In this document: positions 51,534-64,000 of the stretch, piece after piece
Position numbering within the stretch: the stretch's first letter is position 1
Layout of the letters: each line of letters begins with the position of its first letter
Assembly (NCBI RefSeq): GCF_018350175.1
Contig: NC_058368.1
Span: 217,684,001 to 217,748,000, forward strand
Source: Felis catus
Lineage: Eukaryota
Direction: 5' to 3'
DNA length: 64,000 nucleotides
Translations under genes and position numbers: made by a program
The notes under the pieces: model-generated
Told to the model about the DNA's origin: nothing
The model's input: only the letters and a program-made list of their open reading frames with translations
Databases searched by the model: none

Positions 51534-52409
51534 TAGTAGCACTTTAGCAGAACTATTAAAAACATTAGTACTATTATTTGTTTTCAGTTCTAATGACTCA
51601 TTAAGTGTTACAGTATTATTTTTCATTATTTTGCATTCTCAAAACAGCAATTTATTGCTTAATAGACCAGTATAACTTGTAAATGATTTATTTATAGAAA
51701 CATCCCAAAAAGTATTTTATAGTATTCGAATGAAAAATATTCTTTTTAAATGTCTAATTACCTATAGACAGATCTACATTTAGATATATAGGAAAAATAG
51801 TGATTAGATGCATTAAGTAAATTGCCTAAGCTATAATGTTAGAACAAGAATTTAAATACAATTCTTTTACCACAAGGTGCTATGTGTTATTGTGTCTAAG
51901 CAGTATTTCCTGTGTCTCTGACAGGTTAGATAAAAAGTCAGAACATAATAGGAATTAGGAAAAAAGTTGGAAATTACATTTGAGCCAAGAAAACATCATC
52001 ATGCTCTGTATCCACAAATTACTTTTTTCACCATGGTCAGAAATTCCACAGATAACTCTTATTAATCATGAAGGGATTCTGGTCGAAACCATGTGTATAT
52101 CAGTGCATGACCATATTTATAGTGTTTTCTAATTAATAAATGATTAATAGATATTGAATTGATATTGTTAGTAATTTATATAAATTAAAAAAAAAGAAAG
52201 AGAAAAAGAGAGGAAATGCGCATTTACACATAAGATTCTTGACTGAAAGGAAGAATGCTAAAATTAAGCACAGAAAAAAGCTCAATTCCTGGCACAAAGT
52301 TAAGATGTTAAAAATTGATAACAAATATATGTTTTTAATAAAATGGATGAAAGATGAAAACAGTGATAAAACAAACACATAAAAACCATCCAAAAATAAG
52401 CACGAACCT

Positions 52410-53118
52410 CAGGAATTTATTTGTTTCCTATTGCAGCTGCAACAAATTACCACCCATTTAGTGGCTTAAAACAACACAAATTTGGGGCGCCTGGGTGGCG
52501 TGGTTGGTTAAGCATCCGACTTCGGCTCAGATCATGATCTCACGGTCCGTGAGTTCGAGCCCCGCGTTGGGCTCTGTGCTGACCGCTCAGAGCCTGCAGC
52601 CTGTTTCAGATTCTGTGTCTCCCTCTCTCTCTGCCCCTCCCCTGTTCATGCTCTGTCTCTCTCTGTCTCAAAAATAAATAAACGTTAAAAAAAATAAAAA
52701 AAACCCACAAATTTATTATCTCATAATTTTGGAGGTCAGAAGCCCAAAATCAGTCTCATGGGGCTAAGGGTATCGTGTCAGTGGACCTAGTACCTTCTAG
52801 AGTCTCTACAGGACAATCTATTTTCTTTTTTTCCCAGGTTCTTTGTCATTCTCCTTTCTCCACCTTTTAAACCACCAGCAGTGTGTCTTCAAAATCTCTC
52901 TCTGCTTCCATAGTCACATTGACTTCTCTAGCTCTCACTTTTTTGTCTCTTTTTTAGGAGTCTTGTGATTACATTGTACCCGCCTAGATAATCTCTGCAT
53001 CTCAATATCATCAACTTAATCTCATCTGCAAAATCCGTTTTTCCTTTTAAAGTTACACATTCACATGTTCTGGAGATTAGAAGATGAATATCTTTGGAGA
53101 GAGCTATTATTCTAACAA
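52410..53118 (-). mobile_element. MaLR solo LTR (MLT1C/D-like), interrupted by a SINE
   Basis: tttcctattgcagctgcaacaaattaccac..gtggcttaaaacaacacaaattt|attatctca..ggaggtcagaag..cttaatctcatctgcaaa..attcacatgttctggagattag. Confidence 0.85.
52484..52698 (+). mobile_element. Young CAN-SINE (SINEC_Fc-type)
   Basis: ggggcgcctgggtggcg head, GAGTTCGAGCCCCGCG; TSD aaaacaacacaaattt / aaaacccacaaattt. Confidence 0.96.
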
Positions 53119-53667
53119 ACTGACGAAAAACATATGTAGGCAAGTTATATCAGTGGTTAATTCATATGCCAAGACTTTTAGGAAGACCGATTTTCCCACT
53201 TTCTCCATTTGCCTAGAACTCTTATCAGTTTTATTACGAAAGTCCCATCACATGCTATGCCATTTTGTTTTGGACAAAGAGAGATAGCTACCTTACATGG
53301 GCCCCTAGCAACTCTAGTTTTCCTGCATCCCTTCATACACCAAAAAATGACAGCTGTGTCTTGGGCAATGCTAGGTTTCATTTACACAGTACTTGCTTGG
53401 AAAAGGGATATAGTGGTAACCATGGTTAAAGGGTTAGGTTTGGAGAAGACTAAAAAGGTTGTAAGGTATGTGAAATCCACAAGGACCTTGGTATATTATG
53501 CAGTCTTCATGGTATTTTTTGGCTATTGCTATGCATTTTTTATTGACAAATGTATAATTAAAGCTAACTTGATTCATCTTTAAAATGTGTCAACCTGAGT
53601 CAGAGATGCAAGCATTCCCCAGGGAAGATTTAGTTAGAATCATAAAATTTGAGGAAGGAGTTTTTGG

Positions 53668-53672
<5 letters not shown>

Positions 53673-53729
<57 letters not shown>

Positions 53730-53832
53730 GTGTGTATATATATATATTACATATATATGTGTATATATATTACATATATATATTACATATTATATATATT
53801 TTTTATATATGTATATATATATATTACATATG
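53673..53832. repeat. (TA)n microsatellite with degenerate TA-rich extension
   Basis: About 24 perfect TA units followed by ~110 bp of interrupted TA repeats. Confidence 0.97.
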
Positions 53833-53943
53833 CTGGAAATGCTATAATTTTAGGGCTGATTTTTATCATGTCAAAGTTATCATCCATGAAACCCACAGAC
53901 ATATATATGTATATATAAACAAATTAAGTGGGAGTTTATACCT

Positions 53944-54060
53944 TATTTGTTTTATTTTATTTTATTTTATTTATTTTTATTTATCATGATGAGTGTACTC
54001 TTTAATCCCCATCACCTATTTCAGCCATTTTCCCCCACCCCCCACCTCTAATAACCATCA
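53944..54060 (-). mobile_element. Short L1 3' end with (TTTTA)n tail
   Basis: tatcatgatgagtgtactctttaatccccatcacctattt..aaccatca. Confidence 0.75.
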
Positions 54061-54883
54061 TATACTTTATTTCTATATTTTGCCCAGTTTAATTAGTATT
54101 TTATATTTATTGCTAAGAAAAAATATTTTAACTAAAATTCACTGAGTAACATTTTGGATGCATGGTTTGCAATATCATTATTACTTAGGAACCAAAGAAT
54201 GCTTTCAACTATTGGTGATAATTCTAAGATCCATATTAATTATTCATAAATATTATTTTAGTTAAATTCAACATGTTTTCATTTCAGGAAAACACTCCTA
54301 CAATTAAAATATGTGATATATTCTGGTAATATTTTTCTGTTCATTTTATCTTAATGGGAAACTTGCCCTAATTATGTGATAAATAAACTGTCAAAACTGA
54401 AATGTCAGTGCTTAGTGTAAAAGTCAAAGAAAAAAGTCAGTAGCTATATATAAAATTATATATCAGATACTGTTATTCCTATTTTAAGATAAACATTTTG
54501 AGTCTCTAAAACAAAAAATGAATCAAGTCATAGCTTAACACAGAAAATAGAAAGAATAGCAGCTAACAGAATAAAAGATAGCCTGTTCAGTTAAAGTATA
54601 TTTATCCCGGGTCCAATTATATATATACAACTTTTTTTTTCCTATTTCTATTTTTTTTTTCTATTGAAACCCAATTATAATTGCAAAAGAAAAGTTAGGT
54701 CATGAATAGTTTGAAATATGGGTGTTCTACTGAGCTTATCCTATTTAAATGCAAGGATTACGTGATATGAGTATTATGATCCAGATCAATGATGGTGAGA
54801 AAACCTATTATTTGGGATGATTAGGATTAAAAGAAGCAAAGTAAAGACGAAAAATCAGAGAAGAAAGATAAGGAAAGAGGGTT

Positions 54884-55400
54884 CTTAGTTACCTGTTGCT
54901 ACATAATACATCACCTCACAATTTAGTGGCTTAACACAATAATTGTATTTTATCTCCAGAGAATCGGGTGCATCGAACCTGGAATCTCCTGGTTCAGGGT
55001 CTTTCACGCGGTTATAGTTAAGAGGTTGGGAAGGACTGCAGTGGCAGTCATCTGAGGGCTTAGCTCTGATTGAAGGATTTATTTCCAATACGGTTCCTTA
55101 CATGTCTGGTAAGTCGGTCCTGGCTAATGATAGCAGGCCGCAGCTCTTGACCATGTGGACATCCCCATAAGGCTACCTGAGTGCCATCAAGACATACCAG
55201 TAGACTTTTGGAGCAAAATGCTAAAGAAAAAAAATAATGTGGAACCAAAATTTGTTTTATAATTGAGCCTTTCTTGAATGCCTCATGCTGTTATTTCCAC
55301 AACATCATATTGATTATACAGGTCATAGGAGACTGCATAAGGATGTAAATCTCAGGAGGTAAAGTTCATTGGGCGTCTTCTTAAAGTTCCTCGTAATCAC
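54884..55400 (-). mobile_element. MaLR solo LTR (MLT1F-like)
   Basis: tcttagttacctgttgctacataataca..tttagtggcttaacacaataa..gcagtcatctgagggctt..ccatgtggacatccccataaggct..cattgggcgtcttcttaaag. Confidence 0.8.
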
Positions 55401-56719
55401 AAGAAGCAACAAAGATATCCATTTTTGAAAAAAAAAAATCATACAATCATAAAAATGAATAAAACACACATAAAATTGTTTTAGTGTTAATGGTCTAACA
55501 GAATATACGCTGAAGGAGCAAAAGGATCTCGCAATATATTGGGCTAATGATTTATAGACAGTGAATTTGTCTCATTTCTTGATTTCATCCAAAATAAGTA
55601 TATGTGCTGGAGCCTTCTGCAGGTACACTCCTACACATAGGATTCCTCAAATCCTATGGCTTTGCTGCTAGGGAAGTTCACTCCAGCTTTTTGAAAATGC
55701 TTGAGGATTAGTGTATCTTTTTTAGCATCTAACAAAATGTTCCATTTGGAGCCAGGTTAGAGTATACAAAGGCTGGATGAGTGAGCTCTTGCCATGCATG
55801 AAGAAACTCTCTCGTGATGCTGAATTCAGAGTTGGCTGTTCCAACCACAAGCAAGTTTTATGCTTTCTGGATGTTTAGGCTCTTAATAATGAAATCCCTG
55901 AAGATTGGTTGAGAGTTTCTTCCAACACACAGACATCTTATGTTAAAGATAAAGACTTTATTTAAGTTTAACAGACAAACTTTCATCTAATTATCAGGAT
56001 CAGTTTTCCTTAGAAAGGAGTAAGAATTATTATTCTTTGATTATTCATTTTCTTCAACATATACAAGTTGTTTCCGTCTTTCCTCACCTTCCTCTTCTTT
56101 GAAAGTCAGTAACTAGAATACCATTAAGAAGTGTAATAGCATTTTTTGTCCTCACAGATTAGTCTGATTACTATCATCACCATAGAATGTCTGCTATGTA
56201 GCTATAGCTCCTCCTTATGCTCAAGTTTATTGTCTCAAGCCTGTCTTTATGGATTACATTACTGTTCAACGACTTAACGCCTTGTATAAATGTTAATACT
56301 GATATTATTAAATTTACTCCAGATGCTCTGAAATTACACACTCTCTTGTGGGACTAGTAGAAACATTTTTTTAATGTACTTTGAGAACATACAGTAGTTC
56401 CAAAAAGTATAAGTAAAAGAATTCAAATCAAAGCAAACAAAAGCTAACAGAACAAGATCTCATTTCAATTCCTTTAAATCCTGGAAATCTTTCTTATTCA
56501 TATAACCTTACCCATCCTTACACACACACACACTACCCATATCCACACTGAACACAACAGAAAATGCCAAACTCTGCTGGCTCAGGCAGATACGAATAGT
56601 TTATGTGGCCAATGAATAGCACTTAGCTCATCTATCCAAAGCTCATTTTTACAAACAAGTTGACTTCACCTTTTTCCAAAGAATAGTGGACAGTGAGTGT
56701 GGGTATGGTGAGTCCTAGA

Positions 56720-56835
56720 GCCCACCTAATCTATTTTGGATTCTGGACATCAAAACCTTTAAGATAATAAATTTGTGTTGTTTTATTATACTAAATTTGT
56801 AGTGTTTTTTTAAAGCAGCAAGAGGAAACTAATTT
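56720..56835 (+). mobile_element. MaLR LTR 3' fragment
   Basis: ttggattctggac..aagataataaatttgtgttgtttta..aaatttgtagt..agcagcaagaggaaactaat. Confidence 0.7.
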
Positions 56836-57349
56836 AAATGGCTTAAAATGTCTAATTTAGGTAAGTACTAATTTGAAAGGTGGATATAGGGGAAGATATA
56901 AAACAGCATAAGTTAGTATAAATATCAGTAAGGAAGGCAAAGATCTGTAGCATTGCCAGAGAGAGAAGATTATCAGGCATTTTGTACATTTTTTTCTTAG
57001 GATATTCTTAAAGAATCTTGCAAGAGGTTACACTTAGATTGAGGCGTAAAAATCAGAAGGAGTCAGACATTTCAAGGCAAAATGGGGAGTTGGCCAGAGA
57101 TTATCTGATTATCAGTGAGTAGTATGAATAAAGGCCCCAAGGAAGAAAACTGCTTTTCATGCTTACAAGTTAAGAGAGCACAGATGTGCAAGAACATTGG
57201 AAATTAGGTTGGGGAGTATTACATTTAATGAAGGAGACTAGAGTTCTTTAAAAATGGGATTGATCTATTACTGTGGAATAATTTGATACACTGAATTAGC
57301 GGGATAGAGGAAAGAGTGAAACCTTAATGGGGAGCAAGAATTCATCTAT

Positions 57350-57748
57350 GATGTCCTTACTACTGAAGTGTGGTCCAAAGACCAGCGGCACCAGTTAACA
57401 TAGGCGAGATTGTTAGAAATATACAATCTTGAGGCGCCTGGGTGGCTCAGTCGGTTGAGCGTATGACTTCAGCTCAGGTCATGATCTCACAGTTCGTGGG
57501 TTCAAGCCCCATGTTGGGCTCAGCTGACAGCTGAGAGCCTGGAGCCTGCTTCAGATTCTGTGTCTTCCTCTCTCTCTGCCCCTCCCCTGCTAATGCTCTG
57601 TCTCTCTCCCTCTCTCTCTCAAAAATAAAATAAAATAAAAACATAAAAAGAAAAGAAATATACAATCTTAAGGCCAGTCCTGACCTACTGAAACAGAATC
57701 TGATTCATTTTAACAAGATTCCCAGGTAATTCATAGGCACGTGAGAAA
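57350..57748. mobile_element. MER5-type hAT-Charlie MITE, interrupted by a SINE
   Basis: aagtgtggtcc..gaccagcggcaccag..ttgttagaaat | gacctactgaaacagaatctg..ttttaacaagattcccaggtaattcataggcac. Confidence 0.8.
57431..57653 (+). mobile_element. CAN-SINE
   Basis: Canonical head; perfect 16-bp TSD agaaatatacaatctt (57415-57430 / 57654-57669). Confidence 0.97.
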
Positions 57749-58644
57749 AATGCAATAAGTGGAATTTCCTGGAAGAAAAAAAGAAAAACTAAAGACCCAA
57801 TAATCATATGAGAAAAGAGCAGCCAGAAAGGGAAACAAACAAAAGAAAAAACCCAAAACATTAGTAAGAAATGAGTACAACAGGAATTTTTGAAGTGAAA
57901 CACTTTATTCAGTGGAGTAGGCAATGTGACCTTTCTTATAACCCCACATATCCTGAATAAAATTATAGAAAACAAATTATGCCAATGTGATTAGTTGTCT
58001 TCTAGAAGTCAGTTAAGGTGATGAGTTTATGGGTTGTCTCAGGCCAAAAGGACAGCCATCTATCTGGATTATCTTCCACAATTCAGTGGATTTTTTTTTT
58101 TTCTCCTTTAGATATCAAAAGCAGAGAGGAAAATAAATTACATGCTTCACTCTATATTTTGGGTAGTGTGCATAATTTTGAATGTTTTTATTTGCTTTAA
58201 GTTATTTTTCCTTTAAAATCTTTCTGTTAATATTAGTGTCACTTATCAATTTAAAGAGACATGTTCTGTGTAAATGTAATGGTACCAATGATATCAATGA
58301 GAAGTATCAGATAATATTTATTAAGGGAATCATGCACAAGATAGAACACCAACCATTCTAGAACACTGATTAAAATACACAATGTTTTTACTGTAACTAG
58401 CTAACTACCTTCATTGTACATGAATATATGCTCCCCACAAACTGCTCTATTTTTCATGAAATCAGGGATAGATGTGATAATTTTCTAAAAAGATATAAAA
58501 TTTATGTGTACTCACATGCAAACATATACATATTTTAAAAAGTGTTTAGAAAAGAATTGATATTAGACAGGAAGGTGGGTGTTATCATGATCCATTTTTT
58601 GTTCATGAGGAAATCAATGTATAGTGTGATTATTGATATTGATA

Positions 58645-58895
58645 TTGACATTTTGTACCCATCCTCTTTCCTTTGGCAAATACCCTTTTGTTCTCTGTAT
58701 TCATAAATCTGTTTCAGCTAGTTTTTTTTTAGATTCCACATGTAAATGAATTCATATGGCATTTGTCTTTCTGTCTGACTTATTTTCTTAACATAATACC
58801 CTCTAGGTCCATCCATGTTGTCACAAATGGCAAGAACAAATTCTTTTTTATGGCTGAGTAATATTCCTATGTGTGTCTATGTGTTTCATACCATT
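58645..58895 (-). mobile_element. Older L1 fragment (end of ORF2 / 3'UTR)
   Basis: ttagattccacatgtaaatgaattcatatggcatttgtctttct..cataataccctctaggtccatccatgttgtcacaaatggcaaga. Confidence 0.85.
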
Positions 58896-58949
58896 TTACT
58901 TTGAAAGTTAATACACAGTGTAATTTGCTTCTTTTTCCTTTTTCTCCCT

Positions 58950-61385
58950 TGTTATTTATTTATTCATGTTTGTTTGTTTGTTTACTTACTAATTTATTCA
59001 TTAATTTTTTATTTGTATTCCAGTCAGTTAACATACAGTGCAATATTAATTTCAGGTGTAGAATTTAGTGATTCATTACTTATATACAACACCCAGCGCT
59101 CCTCATAAGTGCCCTCCTTAATACCCATAACACTTCTAACCAATCCCCTGCTCCCCTCCCCTCCAGCAACCCTCAGTTTGTTCTCTATAGTTTAGAGTTG
59201 TTTTATGATTGGCCTCTGTTTTCCCCCCTTATGTTCATCTGTTTTCTTTCTAAAATTCCACTATGAGTGAAGTCATATATTTGTCTTTTTCTTACTGACT
59301 CATTTTGCTTAGCATAATACTCTCTAGTCCACCCATGTTGTTGCAAATGGTAAGATTTCACTCTTTTTCATGGCTGGGTATTATTCCATTGTGTATGTAT
59401 GTATACACACATACACACACATACAACTTCTTTATCCATTCATCAGTTGATGGGACATTTGGGCCCTTTCCATAGTATGGCTATTGTTGACAATGCTGCT
59501 ATAAACATTGGGGTGCATGTAGCCCTTCCTACCAGTATTTTTGTATCTTCTGGGTAAATATCTAGTAGTGCAATTGCTGGATCATACGGTAGTTAGTTCT
59601 ATCTTTAATTTTTGAGGAACCTCCATACTGTTTTCTAGAGTGGCTGTACCAGTTTGCAATCTCTGTATCCTTGCCAACCCCTGTTGTTTCCTGTGTTCTT
59701 AGTTGTAGCCATTGTGACAAGTGTGAGGTGATATCTCATTGTAGTTTTGATCTTTATTTCCATGACCATGAGTGATGATGAACATCTTTTCATTTGTCTA
59801 TTAGCCATCTGTATGTCTTGGGAAAATGTCTATTCATGTCTCCCTCCCATTTTTAAACTGGATTATTTGTTTTTTGGGTGTGGGGTTTTCTATGTTCTTT
59901 ATATATTTTGGATACTAATCCTTTACCAGATATGTCATTTGCAAATATCTTCTCTCATTCTGAAGGTTGTTTTTTAATTTTATGGATTATTCCCTTCACT
60001 GTGCAGAAGTTTTTATCTTGACAAAGCCCCAATAGTTCATTTTTGTCTTTGTTTCCATTGTCTCAGAAGACATATCTAGTAAAAAGTTGCTGTGGCTGAT
60101 GTCAAAGAGGTCAGTACCTGTGTTCTCCTCTAGGATTTTGATGGTTTCCTATCTCACATTTAGGTCTTTCACCCATTTTGAATTTAGTTTTTGTATAGTG
60201 TAAGAAAGTGGTCCAGTTTCATTCTTTTACATGCTGCTGTCCAGTTTTCTCTTTGCTATTAGATATCTTTCCTGTGTTGTCAAAGATTAGTTGACCATAT
60301 AATTGTGGGTTCATTTTTGTGTTTTCTGTTCTGTTCCCTTGATCTCTGTGATCTCTGTGTATGTTTCTGTGCCAATACCATAGTGTCTTGATGCCTACAG
60401 CTTTGAGGAATATAACTTGAAATCCAGAATTGTGATGCCTCCACCTTTGCTTTTCTTTTTCAAGATTGCTTTGGCTATTTGTGGTCTTTAGTGGTTTCAT
60501 ACAAATTTTAGGATTGTTTGTTCTAGCTCTGTGAAAAATGCTGGTGGTATTTTGATAGGAATTACATTAAAAGTATAGATGGCTTTGGGTAGCATAGACA
60601 TTTTACTAATGTTTGTTCTTCAAGTCCATGAGCATGGAATGTTTTTCTATTTCTTTGGGTCCTTTTCAATTTCTTTCATAAGTGTGTTGTAGTTTTCAGA
60701 GTACAGATTTTACCTCTTTGGTTAGATTTATTCCTAGGTATCTTATGGTTTTTGCTGAAATTGTAAATGGGATCAATTCCTTGATTTCTCTTCCTCATGT
60801 TTCATTATTGGTGTATAGAAACTCAACAGACTTCTGTATGTTGATTTTGTATCCTGCGGCTTTATGGAGTATGTGTATCAGATCTAGCAATTTTTTGGTG
60901 GAGTCTTTTGGGTTGTCTATATAGATTATCATGTCATCTACAAATAGTGAAAATTTGACTTCTTCCTTGCTTATTTGGATGTCTTTTATTTCCTTTTGTT
61001 GTCTAATTACTTAGGCTAGGATTTCCAGTACGTTGTTAAATAACCGTGGTGAGAGTGGACATCCCTGTCTTGTTCCTAAGGGTAGAGAAAAAGCGCTCAG
61101 TTGTTTCCTATTAGTTGTAAGTTTTTTATATATGGCTTTTATGATGTTGAGGTATGTTCCCTCTATCCCTACTTTTTAAAGGGCTTTTATCATGAACAGA
61201 TGTTGTACTTTGTCAATTGCTTTTTCTGAATCTATTGAGAGGATCATATGGTTCTTATTCTTTCATTAATGCGGTGTATCACATTTGCAAATTTGCAAAT
61301 ATTGAACCACCCTAGCAACCCAAGAATGAATCCCACTTGATTGTGGTGAATAATTCTTTTAATGTACTGTTGGATTCGATTTGCT
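58950..61385 (-). mobile_element. 5'-truncated LINE-1 (~2.4 kb; 3' half of ORF2 plus 3'UTR), carnivore type
   Basis: Reverse complement of L1 ORF2 3' sequence collinear with 26280-28440 and 45170-47330 (e.g. gagagtggacatccctgtcttgttcct = GTRQGCPL); T-rich tail at ~58950-59010. Confidence 0.95.
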
Positions 61386-63509
61386 TATTCTGGATTCTAA
61401 ATAAGTAGATTATTGAAAAGTTAACCAATGCCATTTCCCTCTTTGTTTTCCATTATGTGTTTCAATTGATATTTACTTAGTACTTCCTCAAATCCAGGCA
61501 TATTATCTATTGGTGAGCTAATATTCTGGTATAGGCACCATCATTATACAAAGGAAATTATGTATGCATGTATATATTTATGTATGTTTACAGCTATACG
61601 TGTGTGTGTGTGTATACATGTTAAGGATGAATATATTTCCATAATACTCTTGTCATAGGACTTAGTTCATTTCTAGAGAGGTTTTTTAATACTCTTTTAA
61701 GAAAGCATTAAAGAGAGAATTTCAAGTGGGTTCTCAAAATAGAAATAATGATTGAAATTTTGACCATTTTCAACAGCCTATAATTTGAGAATATTAGGAG
61801 AAAGAAATGGAATGTTTTACATACAAGGAAGATCAGCTAATATGTAAGTTCAGGGAAATTTTCTGAAATCCATGCAGAATGTTCAGTTGGAAGTTCTTGG
61901 TATCTCTGTAGTGCCTTAGCTAATTTTGCAGCAGTGCTTAACTGTCAGTAGTATCCGATGTTCGGTAATTGACTAGTACGGAGAGTTGGATGACCTTTGA
62001 AAATGCCAACCTCTGATCAAGACCTGATGTAAAAGTCTTCAGGAAACCACAGATCTATGTATGGGCTGTTGCTGCTCCAGTAGCTATCATTCTTTTACTG
62101 TTAATGCCAAATTAGTATCAACTTTAAGTTGACACATAGGGTGATGACTACTGTTCTCATTATAATACATTCTGAATTTAAAAAAACATAGAAGCATCAG
62201 AAAATAAAAAAAAAGATGAGATAAAATAAATAAATCTGAAGTACTTTTAAGCATATTTCTTTGCTTTTTATGAAGCTTAATGTTAAAATAATTAAAATTA
62301 AACTTATATGTTGGAAAATATGTCACAAGGTTTTGTTAAACTTTGTTTCATACCTTAGAATAAAAGGAGTTCCAGGATCATTCTTCTTTTTTCCTCAATG
62401 CAAGAAGTAGATCATTGTATGGGTACAAACAGCATCACGGTGTAAATTAAAAACAGTAATAATTATAATGGTAAACTCTTCTTAATATTATTTCAGGTAC
62501 CTTGGACAACTCATTTAAACATAAATGGCATCCAGAGTAAGATTAAATACCTCTGATAATAGTGGAGTTTTATAAGATATGGTCAAAATAATAAAACATG
62601 AAAACACAACTTGCTATTTCTTTAGTTATATTTGATACTTAGACTAGTAAAATAATATTTTCAGATAGAAACAGAAAATCATAAAATATACAAGAAGAAC
62701 ACTACATTTTATTGGGCTTCTAAATATTCTACGTACCAGTTTTTCTTGCGATATGAAGTCATATTTTAAGTATTACATAAAAAAAAGGTTATATGACTTT
62801 TAATATGGGACTTACTTTGGAGATCTTGGTATCATTGCTTTCTGTATATTTTTAAATTAGATTTTATAAGGGAAATTTTATTCCCAACTCCCAATGTCAT
62901 GGGACAACTTGTTTGTCCAGTTTTATTTTTATCCTCTAGATATTGTGATTATTTTAACTGATTCCTATTTATCTTTTCTTTGCCTTATAGAACTTCTTAT
63001 AGCTGCCTTTGTAAAACAAATCTACTAATTACATATGGCCTAATAACATGCATTCCATGTGCTAACTTTTCCTTAATAACTATTTTAATTTCTACTTTTA
63101 CTTCTCATTCAATAGTCCCTTCAATTATTCTCAAAGGCACTATATTTATAAATTAACTACATTATGAACAAACAAATGAAAGAATGAATACACAATATAG
63201 TACTAAGAGAAAATTTATTAGTAGTGGTTTTAACTGGGGAACTATTGATATTTTATTACTTTTCTCAATGTCATGTGGCTATAAAACTGCATATATTGTA
63301 TCTTCAGTATAAAAAAATTATAAAAACTATATAAAAACAAATGTAATAAAGTTTTATTAGAATTTTTAATGGGATGAATTATTTTAGAATGATTTGTTTA
63401 ATAAATTTAATTTTAGAAGAATATTTTTAGAATAAATTATTGACACAAAGTAAAGAATCTACTTTATTACAGATATTGATCTAACATAGGATTTTCTAAT
63501 CTATTTGCT

Positions 63510-63677
63510 GGACCATTTTGCTATTCAATTAACAGTGGGAGGCATCACCTAGCAGTTTGTGATCAATGAGAACACTGTGATATCTATAGCCTCATCATAA
63601 AACTACTGAATTGGGATTTGAACTTTAACAAAGTCTTAGGTTATTATTTGCATGATTAAGTTTTAGAATCATGGCTG
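63510..63677. mobile_element. MER5-type hAT-Charlie relic
   Basis: ggcatcacctag..actactgaattggga..tttaacaaag..aggttattatttgcatgattaagttttagaatca. Confidence 0.55.
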
Positions 63678-63818
63678 GAAACTGCATCAAATAAAATATC
63701 TCATGTAAAAGAAGAATTCTATAGTTTAAAATTTTAGTATAATATATTTTTGTTATCTTCTGCATCTGTATAGTCCATCTTAATTTTTTTCAAACATCTG
63801 AGGTCACAAACAATATAT

Positions 63819-63968
63819 TTTATTTTTTAAAGAATTTTTAAGTGTATTTATTTATTTATTTGGGAGGGAGGGGTAGAGAGAGAGGGAGAAAGAGAATCCC
63901 AAGAAGGCTCCATGCTGCCAGCCTGAGCTGAAGTCAGACGCTTAACCAACTGAGCCACGCAGGTGTCC
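63819..63968 (-). mobile_element. CAN-SINE with ~50-bp internal deletion
   Basis: gctgccagc|ctgagctgaagtcaga junction lacks the B-box segment; TSD acaaacaatatat / acaaataatatat. Confidence 0.92.
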
Positions 63969-64000
63969 TACAAATAATATATGTGAAAAATCAAACCCTA

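Noticed and set aside
53209..53583. 124-aa hydrophobic ORF
   Set aside because: Non-ATG start, no recognisable family, no splice context; hydrophobic bias is expected from T-rich DNA.
62497..62536. Possible 40-nt + strand micro-exon (ttatttcAG|...ga|GTAAGA)
   Set aside because: Signals are weak, there are no partner exons and the peptide is unrecognisable; such pairs are common in AT-rich DNA.
1..64000. A novel multi-gene system, CRISPR array or prokaryote-like operon
   Set aside because: The sequence is mammalian repeat-rich DNA. There are no regularly spaced repeat-spacer units, and all recognisable protein fragments are L1 ORF1/ORF2.

Overview
This is AT-rich mammalian non-coding DNA (intergenic or deep intronic), almost certainly from a cat-family carnivore, because it carries about 16 tRNA-derived CAN-SINE (SINEC/SINEC_Fc-type) insertions. 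I can support no host protein-coding gene, RNA gene or CRISPR array. The window is dominated by two near-full-length, inactivated + strand LINE-1 elements (21755-28714 with a perfect 17-bp TSD; 40715-47550 with no visible TSD). They appear to belong to two different L1 lineages with unrelated UTRs. There are also a 2.4-kb 5'-truncated L1 on the minus strand, several L1 3' fragments, solo ERV and MaLR LTRs, ancient L2/MIR relics, Tigger2- and MER5-type DNA transposon relics and several microsatellites. Nearly all listed ORFs are L1 fragments, antisense shadows, SINE or microsatellite read-throughs, or chance. I found no convincing novel biological system. The most interesting oddities are a ~205-bp local segment copied into an old L1 (14981-15188 vs 16236-16442), the TSD-less full-length L1, the deletion of the ORF1 C-terminus in the first L1, and a candidate minus-strand exon near 9.8-10.2 kb. 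Repeat family names come from my recall of consensus sequences, not from a database search. Boundaries of old repeats are approximate.
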